Below are positions 1-14,400 of a DNA stretch of 64,000 bases, piece after piece. The position numbers and the translations under genes were made by a program. The notes below the pieces were generated by a model that was not told where the DNA came from, made no database searches, and saw nothing but the letters and a program-made list of their open reading frames with translations. The stretch covers positions 87,854,001 through 87,918,000 of the forward strand of contig OZ024743.1 in the NCBI GenBank assembly GCA_964016885.1, in the 5' to 3' direction. Each line of letters opens with the position of its first letter. The stretch's first letter is position 1. This DNA comes from Eledone cirrhosa (taxonomy: Eukaryota).

Positions 1-327
1 GAGGTTGTATGGTAATGTGTTGGTATTGGATTCAATAGTGTGGTAGTGTTCTATTCAGTAAACTATAGTTTGGTAGTGATGTGGTGAGGTAGTATTGTAA
101 TGTGGTGATGTGGTAGTGTGGTGGTGTGGTGTGGTGGTGGTGAAGTAGTATGGTGATGTGGTGGTGTGGTGAAGTAGTGTGGTGGTGTGGTGATATGGTG
201 AGGTAGTATTGTGGTGGTGTACAGGTGTAGACTTAGCAGGTATGTAAACAGAGCCTGGCGTGTCTATTGATAAATAACAACATTGTCGACGGATGTATAA
301 ATACAAAGTATCTCTACCCACCCACCC

Positions 328-330
<3 letters not shown>

Positions 331-419
<89 letters not shown>

Positions 420-741
420 CCTCTCTCTCTCTCTCTTCCTTTCTCTTCCCCCTCTCTCACACTATCTATCTATCTATCCTTCATCTCTCTTTCTCTTCCT
501 CTCTCTTCCCTCTCTCTCACTATCTATATATCTATCTATCCATCACTCTATCTCACACTTCTCATACATTTTCTCATGCCTACACACACTTCCTCATACA
601 GACATACATACATACATACATACATACATACAGACATACATACATTCATTTATACATACATACTTATATACATACATTCATTCATACATACATACATACA
701 TACATACATACATACATACATACATACATACATACATACAT
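331..741. repeat. (CT)n, degenerate CT/CTAT and (ATAC)n microsatellites
   Basis: Direct reading; source of the SLSL/HTYI ORFs. Confidence 0.95.
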
Positions 742-1340
742 GGCAGCTGCCAACTCGTTTTCGAGTACGGCCACTACTTTACATCCATGTAGGAGAACCC
801 CTACCGATGCGTTGAACGAGTGTGACTTTTTAGTCCAGTCAGCGACTTGAAAACTCTGGTACAAACACTACACTTGTGACAATTATTGACACATAGTGCT
901 GGGCCCATGGTACCATGTAACGACAAGTGCAGAGAGATCTCCAGATATAAAGCAATGCCTGTGCTGTGAAGCTTTTATAGTGAGCAAAGGCACTGCACAA
1001 AGCCAGTCCCACTCTCTTAACCAAGATGATATTTACCAAAAAGAAGAACAAGTCAACATTATTGGATACCATCAGGGTTGCAGGTGTTATATCAGAGTTT
1101 TCCTTCTCCTAGAATTCTGCATTGACAATTCTGCCGGTGATTTTGGATAGCCATTGACTCTTAAGAGATCCTTTGCCCTTTGACAGGTTTTGTTTTTAGT
1201 CCTGCAGGATGTCCAAAGTTACCCTCCTCACCAAGAAATCTTGGTTGGGTTGCCAGTTTAGTCGCCAACGACCCGACCATGAGACAGGTTGTACTAGGAT
1301 ACATGTTACCAGTAGCACCAACTGGTGACCTGACACACAT
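741..1340 (+). mobile_element. Interspersed repeat, possibly an RTE-like LINE 5' region or non-autonomous derivative (other copies at 40610-41205 + and 59931-59980 -)
   Basis: Shared blocks such as ggttgcc(a/g)gtttagtcgcc..ccgaccatg(a/c)gacaggttgtact and atggc(a/t)gc..tcgagta(c/t)ggcca; the RTE assignment is tentative. Confidence 0.5.
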
Positions 1341-1422
1341 GTTCATACATACATACATACAAACATACATAAACCTATAATTATACATATACAAATATGT
1401 ACATATATATATATTCTCGTAG

Positions 1423-1728
1423 TGAAGGCGTATGTCTTAGTGGTTAGAACATTGGGCTTGCAATCGCAAGGTTGTGAGTTCGATTCTCGGACTGGGTGTT
1501 GCGTTGTGTCCTTGAGCAAGACACTTTATTTAACGTTGCTTCAGTTCACTCGGCTGTAGGAATGAGTTGTGACATCACTGGTACCAAGCTGATCGGCCAT
1601 TGCCTTTCCCTTGGACAACATCGGTGTCATGGGAGAGCGGGTGACTGGTATGCATGGGCGACTACTGGTCTTCCACAAACTTTCTAGGTGCAAATCCCTT
1701 GGTCATTCATGACCGAAGGGGATCTTTA
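1423..1728 (+). mobile_element. tRNA-derived SINE, family 2 (related copies near 6085-6280 -, 19460-19575 -, 29935-30045 -, 35205-35490 +, 37085-37207 -, 39313-39420 +, 40485-40585 -, 48420-48680 -, 50330-50480 -)
   Basis: A-box-like tagtggttag, B-box gagttcgattc, central tgtgtccttgagcaagacactttattt, many copies in the window. Confidence 0.85.
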
Positions 1729-1772
1729 GTATATCCTCGTACGCAAACATACAAACATATATATATATATTT

Positions 1773-2259
1773 AAAGAATGAAGAGTAACATGGTTGGCTG
1801 TACAATAAGGGGCTTTATTTAAAGTACTGACAATTGTTTCGTTGATCAGGTGAGTCTAGAGTTCGTTATTCGCTTGAAGTTGCGTAACTTGATCTTGATC
1901 TTCAATACATTATTTACCTCTGGTCAACACTCGGAGTACGTAGATATCCTTGTACGTACTCTGGTGTGTTGACCAGAGGTAAATAATGTATTGGAGATCG
2001 AGTGACGCAACTTCAAGCGAATAACGAACTCTAGACTCACCTGATCAACGAAACAATTGTCAGTAATTTAAATAAAGTCCCTTATTGTACAGCCAACCAT
2101 GTTACTCTTCATTCTTTCACTATTATTACTCCAAGTATAACCTGAATAGAAATTACCGCGAACTCGCTGCATAACTATGGAAGCGTCTTGTTGAGTCAAA
2201 CAAAGCCGTACGTTAAAACTATCCATAACGTGGAATACCTATAACGATAACTTGTTATG

Positions 2260-2291
<32 letters not shown>

Positions 2292-2392
2292 CATAACAAG
2301 TTATCGTTATAGGTATTCCACGTTATGGATAGTTTTAACGTACGGCCTTGTTTGACTCAACAAGACGCTTCCATAGTTATGCAGCGAGTTCG
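1773..2392 (+). mobile_element. Fold-back Penelope-like non-coding element with a degenerate hammerhead; two palindromes
   Basis: About 170-bp inverted arms (1773-1940 vs 1955-2117); tact-ctggtgt-gttgaccag...ctgatcaac-gaaac-aatt-gtc-agta; second inverted pair 2159-2260/2291-2392 centred on (TA)n. Confidence 0.65.
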
Positions 2393-2593
2393 AAGGAAAT
2401 GTGGTAAGGAACCAGATGGACCATAACGCACCAAAGTACTCAATACTTAGGGTAGTAGAGTGAGTAATAGGAACGAGTAGGACCCCGACTGCTGAGCTCA
2501 AGCCGTTTCGACGGCTAATTCTGGACTAATTTTAGTCCAGAATTAGCCGTTGAAACGGCTTGAGCTCAGCCGTCGGGGTCCTACTCGTTCCTA
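2392..2593 (-). mobile_element. Family A short fold-back element (copies 2761-2960, 6829-7026, 22238-22422, 23597-23762, 28280-28420, 43125-43170, 59577-59769)
   Basis: Near-identical 140-200 bp unit, usually (TA)n-flanked; carries the hammerhead 3' half gaaac-ggcttgagctcagcc-gtc-gggg and the 3' hairpin actctactaccctaagtattgagtact. Confidence 0.8.
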
Positions 2594-2621
2594 TATATAG
2601 ATATATAGATATATAGATATT

Positions 2622-2719
<98 letters not shown>

Positions 2720-2953
2720 TATATATATATATTTATATATAGATATAGATATATATATATAACAAAGGAATTGTGGTAAGGAACCAGATGGACCATAACG
2801 CACCAGAGTACTCAATACTTAGGGTAGTAGAGTAGGAAATAGGAAAAACTATGACCCCGACGGCAGAGCTCAAGTCGTTTCGACGACTATTTCTGAACTC
2901 AGTCCAGAAATAGCCGTCGAAACGGCTTGAGCTCTACCGCCGGGGTCATACTT

Positions 2954-3016
<63 letters not shown>

Positions 3017-3362
3017 TCCTCCGTCTGTTTCGACCATGAATGTTCTACTTCATCGATTAACGGAACTACCTTCTCATTAAATTGTCGTTTAATTATAGTC
3101 TCACTATACGTGAAGTGGGAGGAATCGTAGAGTCGTTAGAGCACCGAGCAGAACGCTTTACCGTATACGTTCTGGTTCTCTGTACTCCAGTTCAAATCCC
3201 ACCGATGCCAACTTTGTCTTTTATCATTTAAAGGTCGATAAATAAAGTACTGGCATTGGTTTTGCATCAATTTCTATTTTTTACTTTCTTTCTTTTTCTC
3301 TCTTGAAAAAAATCAGCTTTCTTCCCACCCGGAGAGGAATGGGTTCCACCAGGTTTCAAATG

Positions 3363-3445
<83 letters not shown>

Positions 3446-3466
3446 AGTATATATATATATATATAT

Positions 3467-4148
3467 AAATGTAAGTATGCATGTATACGTACATACATAT
3501 ATGTATACAGACGTACAGTAGCATGCACATATATATATATATATACATATATATATACATATGCATACAAGTACACATACATATATGCACGTATCAGTTT
3601 AGCGGCGCTTATTATAACGTCGCTTTGTTCGTTTGTAAACAAACTGAACAGCCTGAATTTATGCCATACGGTGTTAAGGCAACCACGTCACCTTTTTGTT
3701 CAACACTGACACAGGAACGATGTACTAGTTTCAAGCTTGTTAGCTATCATCAGCACCGTTTACCCATCTGCCAGATAGTTGAACGTTCGAAAGTATATAC
3801 TTTCCTTATGAAAATTAACGGCTGAGCAGCCTAATTTGCATATTGAGTGAGTTAAATCGGTCAGGCATACCGAAAACGATAAATTGAAACAAAATGAAAA
3901 CAAAATTTCATTTCTCACTCTTAGTATGGCACTTACTTAAATGTAAGTATGCATGTATACGTACATACATATATGTATACAGACGTACAGTAGCATGCAC
4001 ATATATATATATATATACATATATATATACATATGCATACAGGTACACATACATATATGCACGTATCAGTTTAGCGGCGCTTATTATAACGTCGGTGCCA
4101 TACTAAGAGTGAGAAATGAAATTTTGTTTTCATTTTGTTTCAATTTAT
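3467..4148 (-). mobile_element. Retrozyme-like partial tandem element with a 472-nt period and a 5' inversion
   Basis: Direct repeat 3467-3622/3939-4093, inverted repeat 3880-3932/4094-4148, one hammerhead inside, (TA)n flanks. Confidence 0.75.
3716..3760 (-). ncRNA. Type I hammerhead ribozyme
   Basis: aacggtg-CTGATGA-tagctaacaagctt-GAAAc-ta-gT-A-catcgtt: 7-bp stem I, palindromic stem III actagt, GUA site. Confidence 0.85.
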
Positions 4149-4297
4149 ATATATATATATATATATCTAGGGCGGGTAAAATTCCCGAGATCTACGGACG
4201 AGTTCTCTCCAGCGGTCTCTGTTTCTCTGTTTCTCAAGAAACAAAATGGCGTAGGATAGAAGAAAGAAAAGGCACAGAAACGAAGAAAGGAATCCCC

Positions 4298-4342
4298 AGT
4301 CACTGAAGAGGTCACAGAGTGTGTGACGAAAGGACTATGACT
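4298..4342 (+). ncRNA. Type I hammerhead ribozyme
   Basis: agtca-CTGAAGA-ggtcacagagtgtgtgac-GAAAg-ga-cT-A-tgact: 5-bp stem I, 6-bp stem II, minimal stem III. Confidence 0.7.
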
Positions 4343-4502
4343 ATATATATAAACAACTATCTGGTTGTGGAACCAACCAACCAACCAGAAATTTATAAGT
4401 TTGTAGATTTGTAAATTTATAAATTTATAAATATATAATAAATTGAAGTGAAAGCAACTGGTGCGTGTGTTTCTTATTGGCAACATGACCCTCCCAAAGT
4501 AT

Positions 4503-4537
<35 letters not shown>

Positions 4538-4621
4538 GAAAAATTTGAACAGGGACAGAACAGAGAGGCAGTACAATAAATATTTATTAAATTCACGCTC
4601 AGGAGAGTGGGGGTAGGTTTG

Positions 4622-4657
4622 GGACGACGTTTCGGGCATAAGCCCTTCCTCAGGTGA
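4622..4657 (-). ncRNA. Penelope-type minimal hammerhead with a partly decayed stem I
   Basis: ac-CTGAGGA-agggcttatgccc-GAAAc-gTC-gt; lies in a probable PLE 3' remnant at about 4535-5290. Confidence 0.65.
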
Positions 4658-5322
4658 GAAGTGTGTGGGAACAGAGTTCAAAAGGTGTGTAGGGGAGTGG
4701 TGGAGAGACATATAGCGAAAGGAAACGGTGCGAATGAAAAATTAACAAATAAAGATAAAAAATAAAAATAAAGCATGATCAAAATACAAGCAATGAGAAA
4801 ATTTAAAAATAAAGGCATGATCAAAATAAACTGAAATTAAAAGGGGGGTAAACAGGTGGTGGAAGGGTGTGGGGTGAGTAGGGGTGGTGGCGGGTGGAGT
4901 GGGGAGAGGGAGACGGGGTGTCCGAGCGGGGAGGGCTGAAGGTGGTGTGTGTGTGTAGTCAGACATGAAAGTCAGGGTTGGGGGAAGAACGGGGTTGCAT
5001 GTTCAGGAAGAGGTGTGGGGGGGTCGGAGTGTCTGTGCGTGTGTGGGTAGGGGGTGGGGGGAGAGGAATCAGGAGGCTGAGGGTGTAAATGTGTGGTGGG
5101 AAGCACGTGTGTGTGGGAAGCACGTGTGTGTGGGAAGCACGTGTGTGCCTATATAACTCACCCACACACACACCCCCAACATTTTTTGGGGGTGTGTGAG
5201 TGGGTGAGTTATATAGGTGATGACGTAAGAGGATGGTTGAAAAGTTGGTAAGTTCCAAGGATGTTTGGAGATTTGGTTATAAGTCAATTTCTGCGTGTGG
5301 GTAATCCATGAAGCGGTGAGAT

Positions 5323-5353
<31 letters not shown>

Positions 5354-5375
5354 GAGAGAGAAGTAGTTCACCATA

Positions 5376-5416
5376 CCGAGAACAAATGTTTCGCCTTATG
5401 CGGATCTTCAGCTCGG
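5376..5416 (-). ncRNA. Type I hammerhead in the inverted arm of a family C element (5360-5553)
   Basis: ccgag-CTGAAGA-tccgcataaggc-GAAAc-attt-gT-T-ctcgg. Confidence 0.75.
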
Positions 5417-5575
5417 ACTGAGTCTGGCTGTACGGAAAAGGAAAATCGTTCTCGGTATGGTGAACTAACTGTCGTGTTACTACTTCTACCAAACTCGTCC
5501 CATGGACTGAGTGCTCTACTACTACGGATATAACCCTCCAGTGTTCTACCTTTATATATATATATATATTTAGTT

Positions 5576-5888
5576 ATGTAATAAACAACATAAGATAATT
5601 ATTTCATTTACCAGTGGTTTCTTGAAGGCAGATGTTGTGTCTGTCTTCAGTCGTCAGAATGAATAAATAACATGGTGTTTTTAATAAATATGGATTTTAA
5701 AATCCATATTTAATAAAAACACCATGTTATTTATTCATTCTGACGACTGAAGACAGACACAACATCTGCCTTCAAGAAACCACTGGTAAATGAAATAATT
5801 ATCTTATCTTGTTTATTACATAATTAATAAGCTCTGTAGCCTACATAGAGCACTCTTTTTTCCTGTATCTTTCCGACGGAAATACTTT
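5576..5888 (+). mobile_element. Family E fold-back element with a hammerhead on both strands (3' end also at 24790-24865 -)
   Basis: Near-perfect spacerless palindrome centred at 5698/5699; ttcatt-CTGACGA-ctgaagacagac..tctgccttcaa-GAAAc-cactg-gT-A-aatgaa at 5734-5794. Confidence 0.8.
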
Positions 5889-5915
5889 ATATATATATAT
5901 TATATATATATTATA

Positions 5916-6079
<164 letters not shown>

Positions 6080-6683
6080 GTATGTCCTCTTTGGTCACGA
6101 ATGACCATGGTTTTGCACCTAGAAAGTTTCCCTCAGAGGCACAAGTCTAGACAAGATGTGTTTGTGGAAGGCCAGCAGTTACCCATGCATGCCTGTCTCC
6201 CCTTTCAGCGCCAACGATATTGTTCAAAGGAAAGGCAATGACAGATACAGCTTGGCAACAATGACGTCACAACTAATTTGTATATAAAGGACGGGAAGCC
6301 AAATGTAAAATCAGTATATAACGCAGATGGGAACAATAAAGTGAATTTGTAAAAAAAAATACATAATCGGGAAATAAAAATGAAATAAAAGACATAACTG
6401 AAATTACATAGCTATGACAAAATCAATAAACAAATGTGCAATAGTTAAATCGAACAATGTGTAAAGAAGAACAGAAATTTCAGTTAGATTCTTAAAATGA
6501 GAGACGTGCAGAAGAAATGAGATTCCTCTCTGTGTTTAGGGAACCATTAACTAACCACGTCCGAATAGTGTAGTATCAGCAAAGAGATACGTCAATATGA
6601 CTACATGACAGAGACAGAGGGTAAACATGAAGATATTGTCGTAGTAAAAGTAGCAGACGACTCAGCGGTGTGGGGGAAGATAA

Positions 6684-6829
<146 letters not shown>

Positions 6830-7222
6830 CGAAGGAAGTGTGGTAAGGAGCCAGGTGGACCATAACGCACCAAAGTATTCAATACTTAGGGTAGTAAAGT
6901 GGGTAATAAGAAAATGTTCAAGACACTGACGGCCGAACTCGAGCCGTTTCAACGGCTATTTCTGGTCTCAGAAATATCTGTTGAAACGGCTCGAGCACTG
7001 CCGTCGGGGTCTTGAACATTTTCCTATATATATATACATATAAAATAACAGAAGATCAGGTTCAATCGGGGGTAACCAATACATTAGTGGAGTGCAAACA
7101 TCATATTCTACAGGACTAGAAGTGTTTCATTCAAAAGAAATCATCATATATAAATATATTAAGAAAAAAAAACGTTCTTAATATTCACTCTGCCTGTGCA
7201 TCGAGTGGTCATATTGGTACCA

Positions 7223-7309
<87 letters not shown>

Positions 7310-7312
7310 ATA

Positions 7313-7370
<58 letters not shown>

Positions 7371-7392
7371 GATATGTATGTATATATATATT

Positions 7393-7511
<119 letters not shown>

Positions 7512-7520
7512 ATATATATG

Positions 7521-7563
<43 letters not shown>

Positions 7564-7581
7564 ATATATATGTATGTATGT

Positions 7582-7617
<36 letters not shown>

Positions 7618-7640
7618 ATATATATATATATATGTAAATG

Positions 7641-7797
7641 TGGTTGGTGTTAGGAAGGGCATCCAGCTGTAGAAAACCCGCCAGACAGTCCTATGCGAGC
7701 AAGACAACCACTCTTGCCTCAAGTGGGAAAACTCCCGTCCAGACCCATGCAAGCGTGGAACATGGACGTTAAACGATGATGATGATGATGATGATGA
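7641..7797 (+). mobile_element. SINE/LINE 3' tail ending in (GAT)n
   Basis: ggtgttaggaagggcatccagctgtagaaa...ggacgttaaacgatgatgat. Confidence 0.6.
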
Positions 7798-7815
7798 TAT
7801 ATATATCTATATATA

Positions 7816-7848
<33 letters not shown>

Positions 7849-7872
7849 GTCTGTGTGAGTGTGTGTGTTTGT

Positions 7873-8006
<134 letters not shown>

Positions 8007-8119
8007 AATAGACAGGCGAAACTCCAGAGTAACAAGATTCACTATTTAGCCTAAATAAAATGAATATTAAAACTCTACTTCGGTATTGAGTACTCTTTTC
8101 TGTCAGCCGTCAACGACAT

Positions 8120-9186
<1,067 letters not shown>

Positions 9187-9639
9187 GAAATTTTATATAG
9201 AGCAATATAGCAATAAGATAGCCTTCAATAGAAGATAAATTAAATTTATTCTAACTGATAAGAAACAGCATTCATTGGTCTCAATGAACAGAAGTACATA
9301 TAAATAAAACAAATAAATCAGTAGACACTAGTACAAAGCAATCAGCAAAGAACAATATATTTCAATGAAGTTCTATAGATACTGTAGAGGAAGAAAAAGC
9401 AAATATTTCATTATTAGCTCACGTCAAGGAACGGGGGGAAAATGTTCAATGTCTACTAATGTAAACTGGTATTTCTGTGAATAACATAGGCAATGTAACA
9501 AACAATGATATATAATAAATGTGGAAAAATACCATCATGAAGGTTTATTTATTCATTATTTGTAAAATTTCGGAAATCTTTCCTTACTAGATAAACCAGT
9601 GTTCTTAAAACCTGGTAATTTATTCTTACTACTGATATA

Positions 9640-10650
9640 TATTATATTACTTTCTTGATCATTGGAATTCTCTAGAATAATATCTGGGTCATCAATATTT
9701 CCTTCAACCAATAAATCGTGCCTAATATTATCAGAAACATTGCTTATGCCACATTTTTCTTTGTTTAATGTTTTCTCGGTTATTTCGTCTTTTACAGCAT
9801 TTCATCTATGTTTTAACCACTCACAGGCCTCTGTAATAGTTAACCATGTCCTTCTTCATGCCTGTTTCATTTCTGAATCTATAGCTTGCATACATCTATT
9901 CTTTGGCTTTCTCGCGAACCCTACTTAAATGGTTTATTAATCCGACACACCAAACGACTCTGCCAATTCGTCAGCTACCGGACGGGTTCCGTCAATATTT
10001 ATTGTTTTTGAAAATTCTAAACATCTATCTTTTTTCTTTCATTAATCCTTTCTAGTTTAGGCACAAGGTCAGCAATTTCGGGGTGGTGAAAGACGATTAT
10101 ATCTACCTCCTAATACTTTACCGGTACTCTATTTTATCAGCTCCTGAAGAGATGAATGGTAAAGTTGACCTCAGAACATAAGGAGACAGAACAGATAGTA
10201 CCTCGGCGGGATTTGAACTCAGAACGTAGAAAATCGTAACTAAATACTGCAATGTCAGACGCTGTAACAATATTACCAACCCACCGCCATTTTCCCTTTC
10301 ATTAATGACATACTCGTGAAACTCAATGATTTTATCTTCATAGTCTTTATACTATTCTTATTACAGTCTTTATACAAAGGTTATTTCTGCTCAAACATCT
10401 GGAACACTATGGTATCAGTCTTCTGAAATCATTGATATCTCTGTTCATTTCTATTAGTCTTCAATAGTAAATAATCATTTTAACTTCTTTTTTGGTTTAC
10501 CACCCATATTTGTAATTCTTCTACTTCTGGCCACTTGACAATTCCTCTCTGGAAGAAACTGTTTGCTTCGTTTAACAGCTTTCAACCGATCTCCTTGTTT
10601 TCTCCACGCTCTTAACAATTCTATCACTTGCTGTCGATATATTTGAAGTA
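9640..10650 (-). pseudogene. Decayed pogo-family (POGK-like) DNA transposase, interrupted by a SINE
   Basis: Minus-strand fragments LLRAWRKQ, KWPEVEELQIWV, DYEDKIIEFHEYVINER, INKPFK, EACEWLK, KCGISN with stops and frameshifts. Confidence 0.7.
10047..10295 (-). mobile_element. SINE family 1 copy with target-site duplication
   Basis: ctttcattaat at 10036-10046 and 10296-10306 flanks a gagttcaaatcccgccgagg-type SINE. Confidence 0.75.
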
Positions 10651-10840
10651 GGTATAAGACTGTGTGGCAGGTTATATTTAGTAAAGTAAAAGACTTTGTG
10701 GGAGGTTAAAACTACTAAGAGAGTGTTGTGGCTAATGAGCTGGTAGTCTGACTAATCAAGTGTTCTTATACATAATTAAGTTCTTCATTATAAGGTGTCT
10801 TAAATTATCACCCTGGCATATATCTATCTATCTATTGGCA

Positions 10841-10889
<49 letters not shown>

Positions 10890-10924
10890 TATATTGCATC
10901 CACAGCTTCGATTTATACCAATTA

Positions 10925-10982
<58 letters not shown>

Positions 10983-11489
10983 GGATTCGGGACACCGAGG
11001 GCTGAGTTCCTGCGGTTTCAACAGCTAGCTAGCCATCCATCTATCTATCTATCTAATTATCTCTCTGTCTATCTATCCATCTATCTATTGTGTGTGGGGG
11101 GGGGGTTAAGATACAGGAAGTAAATAAGGAATAGGCTGATTGGGAAGTGAATTAGGGAAAGAAATGGAAGAAAGGAGAGATTGGTGAGTAAGAAATATAG
11201 AACGGGGGAGAGGGAGGAGAAGAATACTGAAGAGAGCAAGTGAAAAAGAAAAGAGGAGAAGACGAAACGACGAAACGACGAAAGAAAGAAAGAAGTGAGT
11301 AAGATGGAAGGGTGAGTAAGAAAAGAATGGTTTGGTCATAAAGAATGTGAATGGATGAAGGTGAAAGTGGGCTGGATAGTCTGTGGCCAAGAGAGGAATG
11401 TTGGTCAAGGTGTAATAGTCAAGTTTTAACTAATTTAACAGAAACGGCAACAATAGTGAGAAAGTAGTAGCAGAGGTGGCGTTAGTTGC

Positions 11490-14400
11490 TTAACTAAGCA
11501 CAAAGGTATTTTATAAGGGAGAGAAACCCTATCACTGCGATATCTATGGTAAATCAATTCTCTCAAAGTAGTGAATTAACTTAACACAAAAACATTTTTT
11601 ACAGGAGAGAATCCATATCACTGTGATATCTGTGGTAAATCATTCTCTCGTAAACGGGAGTTAACTAAACAACAATGTGATATCTGTGGTAAATCATTCT
11701 CTCGTAAACGTGAGTTAACTAAACAACAATGTGATATCTGTGGTAAATCATTCTCTCGTAAACGGGAGTTAACTAAACAACAATGTGATATCTGTGGTAA
11801 ATCATTCTCTCGTAAACGGGAGTTAACTAAACAACAATGTGATATCTGTGGTAAATCATTCTCTCGTAAACGGGAGTTAACTAAACAACAATGTGATATC
11901 TGTGGTAAATCATTCTCTCGTAAACGTGAGTTAACTAAACAACAATGTGATATCTGTGGTAAATCATTCTCTCGTAAACGGGAGTTAACTAAACAACAAT
12001 GTGATATCTGTGGTAAATCATTCTCTCGTAAACGGGAGTTAACTAAACAACAATGTGATATCTGTGGTAAATCATTCTCTCGTAAACCTGAGTTAACTAA
12101 ACAACAATGTGATATCTGTGGTAAATCATTCTCTCGTAAACGGGAGTTAACTAAACAACAATGTGATATCTGTGGTAAATCATTCTCTCGTAAACGGGAG
12201 TTAACTAAACAACAATGTGATATCTGTGGTAAATCATTCTCTCGTAAACCTGAGTTAACTAAACAACAATGTGATATCTGTGGTAAATCATTCTCTCGTA
12301 AACGGGAGTTAACTAAACAACAATGTGATATCTGTGGTAAATCATTCTCTCGTAAACCTGAGTTAACTAAACAACAATGTGATATCTGTGGTAAATCATT
12401 CTCTCGTAAACGGGAGTTAACTAAACAACAATGTGATATCTGTGGTAAATCATTCTCTCGTAAACCTGAGTTAACTAAACAACAATGTGATATCTGTGGT
12501 AAATCATTCTCTCGTAAACGGGAGTTAACTAAACAACAATGTGATATCTGTGGTAAATCATTCTCTCGTAAACCTGAGTTAACTAAACAACAATGTGATA
12601 TCTGTGGTAAATCATTCTCTCGTAAACGGGAGTTAACTAAACAACAATGTGATATCTGTGGTAAATCATTCTCTCGTAAACCTGAGTTAACTAAACAACA
12701 ATGTGATATCTGTGGTAAATCATTCTCTCGTAAACGGGAGTTAACTAAACAACAATGTGATATCTGTGGTAAATCATTCTCTCGTAAACCTGAGTTAACT
12801 AAACAACAATGTGATATCTGTGGTAAATCATTCTCTCGTAAACGGGAGTTAACTAAACAACAATGTGATATCTGTGGTAAATCATTCTCTCGTAAACCTG
12901 AGTTAACTAAACAACAATGTGATATCTGTGGTAAATCATTCTCTCGTAAACGGGAGTTAACTAAACAACAATGTGATATCTGTGGTAAATCATTCTCTCG
13001 TAAACCTGAGTTAACTAAACAACAATGTGATATCTGTGGTAAATCATTCTCTCGTAAACGGGAGTTAACTAAACAACAATGTGATATCTGTGGTAAATCA
13101 TTCTCTCGTAAACGTGAGTTAACTAAACAACAATGTGATATCTGTGGTAAATCATTCTCTCGTAAACGTGAGTTAACTAAACAACAATGTGATATCTGTG
13201 GTAAATCATTCTCTCGTAAACGGGAGTTAACTAAACAACAATGTGATATCTGTGGTAAATCATTCTCTCGTAAACGTGAGTTAACTAAACAACAATGTGA
13301 TATCTGTGGTAAATCATTCTCTCGTAAACGGGAGTTAACTAAACAACAATGTGATATCTGTGGTAAATCATTCTCTCGTAAACGTGAGTTAACTAAACAA
13401 CAATATGATATCTGTGGTAAATCATTCTCTCGTAAACGTGAGTTAACTAAACAACAATGTGATATCTGTGGTAAATCATTCTCTCGTAAACGTGAGTTAA
13501 CTAAACAACAATGTGATATCTGTGGTAAATCATTCTCTCGTAAACCTGAGTTAACTAAACAACAATGTGATATCTGTGGTAAATCATTCTCTCGTAAACG
13601 GGAGTTAACTAAACAACAATGTGATATCTGTGGTAAATCATTCTCTCGTAAACGTGAGTTAACTAAACAACAATGTGATATCTGTGGTAAATCGTTTTCT
13701 CGTAAACGTGAGTTAACTAAACAACAATGTGATATCTGTGGTAAATCATTCTCTCGTAAACGTGAGTTAACTAAACAACAATGTGATATCTGTGGTAAAT
13801 CATTCTCTCGTAAACGTGAGTTAACTAAACAACAATGTGATATCTGTGGTAAATCATTCTCTCGTAAACCTGAGTTAACTAAACAACAATGTGATATCTG
13901 TGGTAAATCATTTTCTCGTAAACGGGAGTTAACTAAACAACAATGTGATATCTGTGGTAAATCATTTTCTCGTAAACGGGAGTTAACTAAACAATAATGT
14001 GATATCTGTGGTAAATCATTTTCTCGTAAACAGGAGTTAACTAAACAACAATGTGATATCTGTGGTAAATCATTCTCTCGTAAACGTGAGTTAACTAAAC
14101 AACAATGTGATATCTGTGGTAAATCATTCTCTCGTAAACGTGAGTTAACTAAACAACAATGTGATATCTGTGGTAAATCATTCTCTCGTAAACGGGAGTT
14201 AACTAAACAACAATGTGATATCTGTGGTAAATCATTCTCTCGTAAACGTGAGTTAACTAAACAACAATGTGATATCTGTGGTAAATCATTCTCTCGTAAA
14301 CGGGAGTTAACTAAACAACAATGTGATATCTGTGGTAAATCATTTTCTCGTAAACGGGAGTTAACTAAACAACAATGTGATATCTGTGGTAAATCATTCT

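Noticed and set aside
9662-9928. 88-aa plus-strand ORF
   Set aside because: Antisense shadow of the decayed pogo transposase
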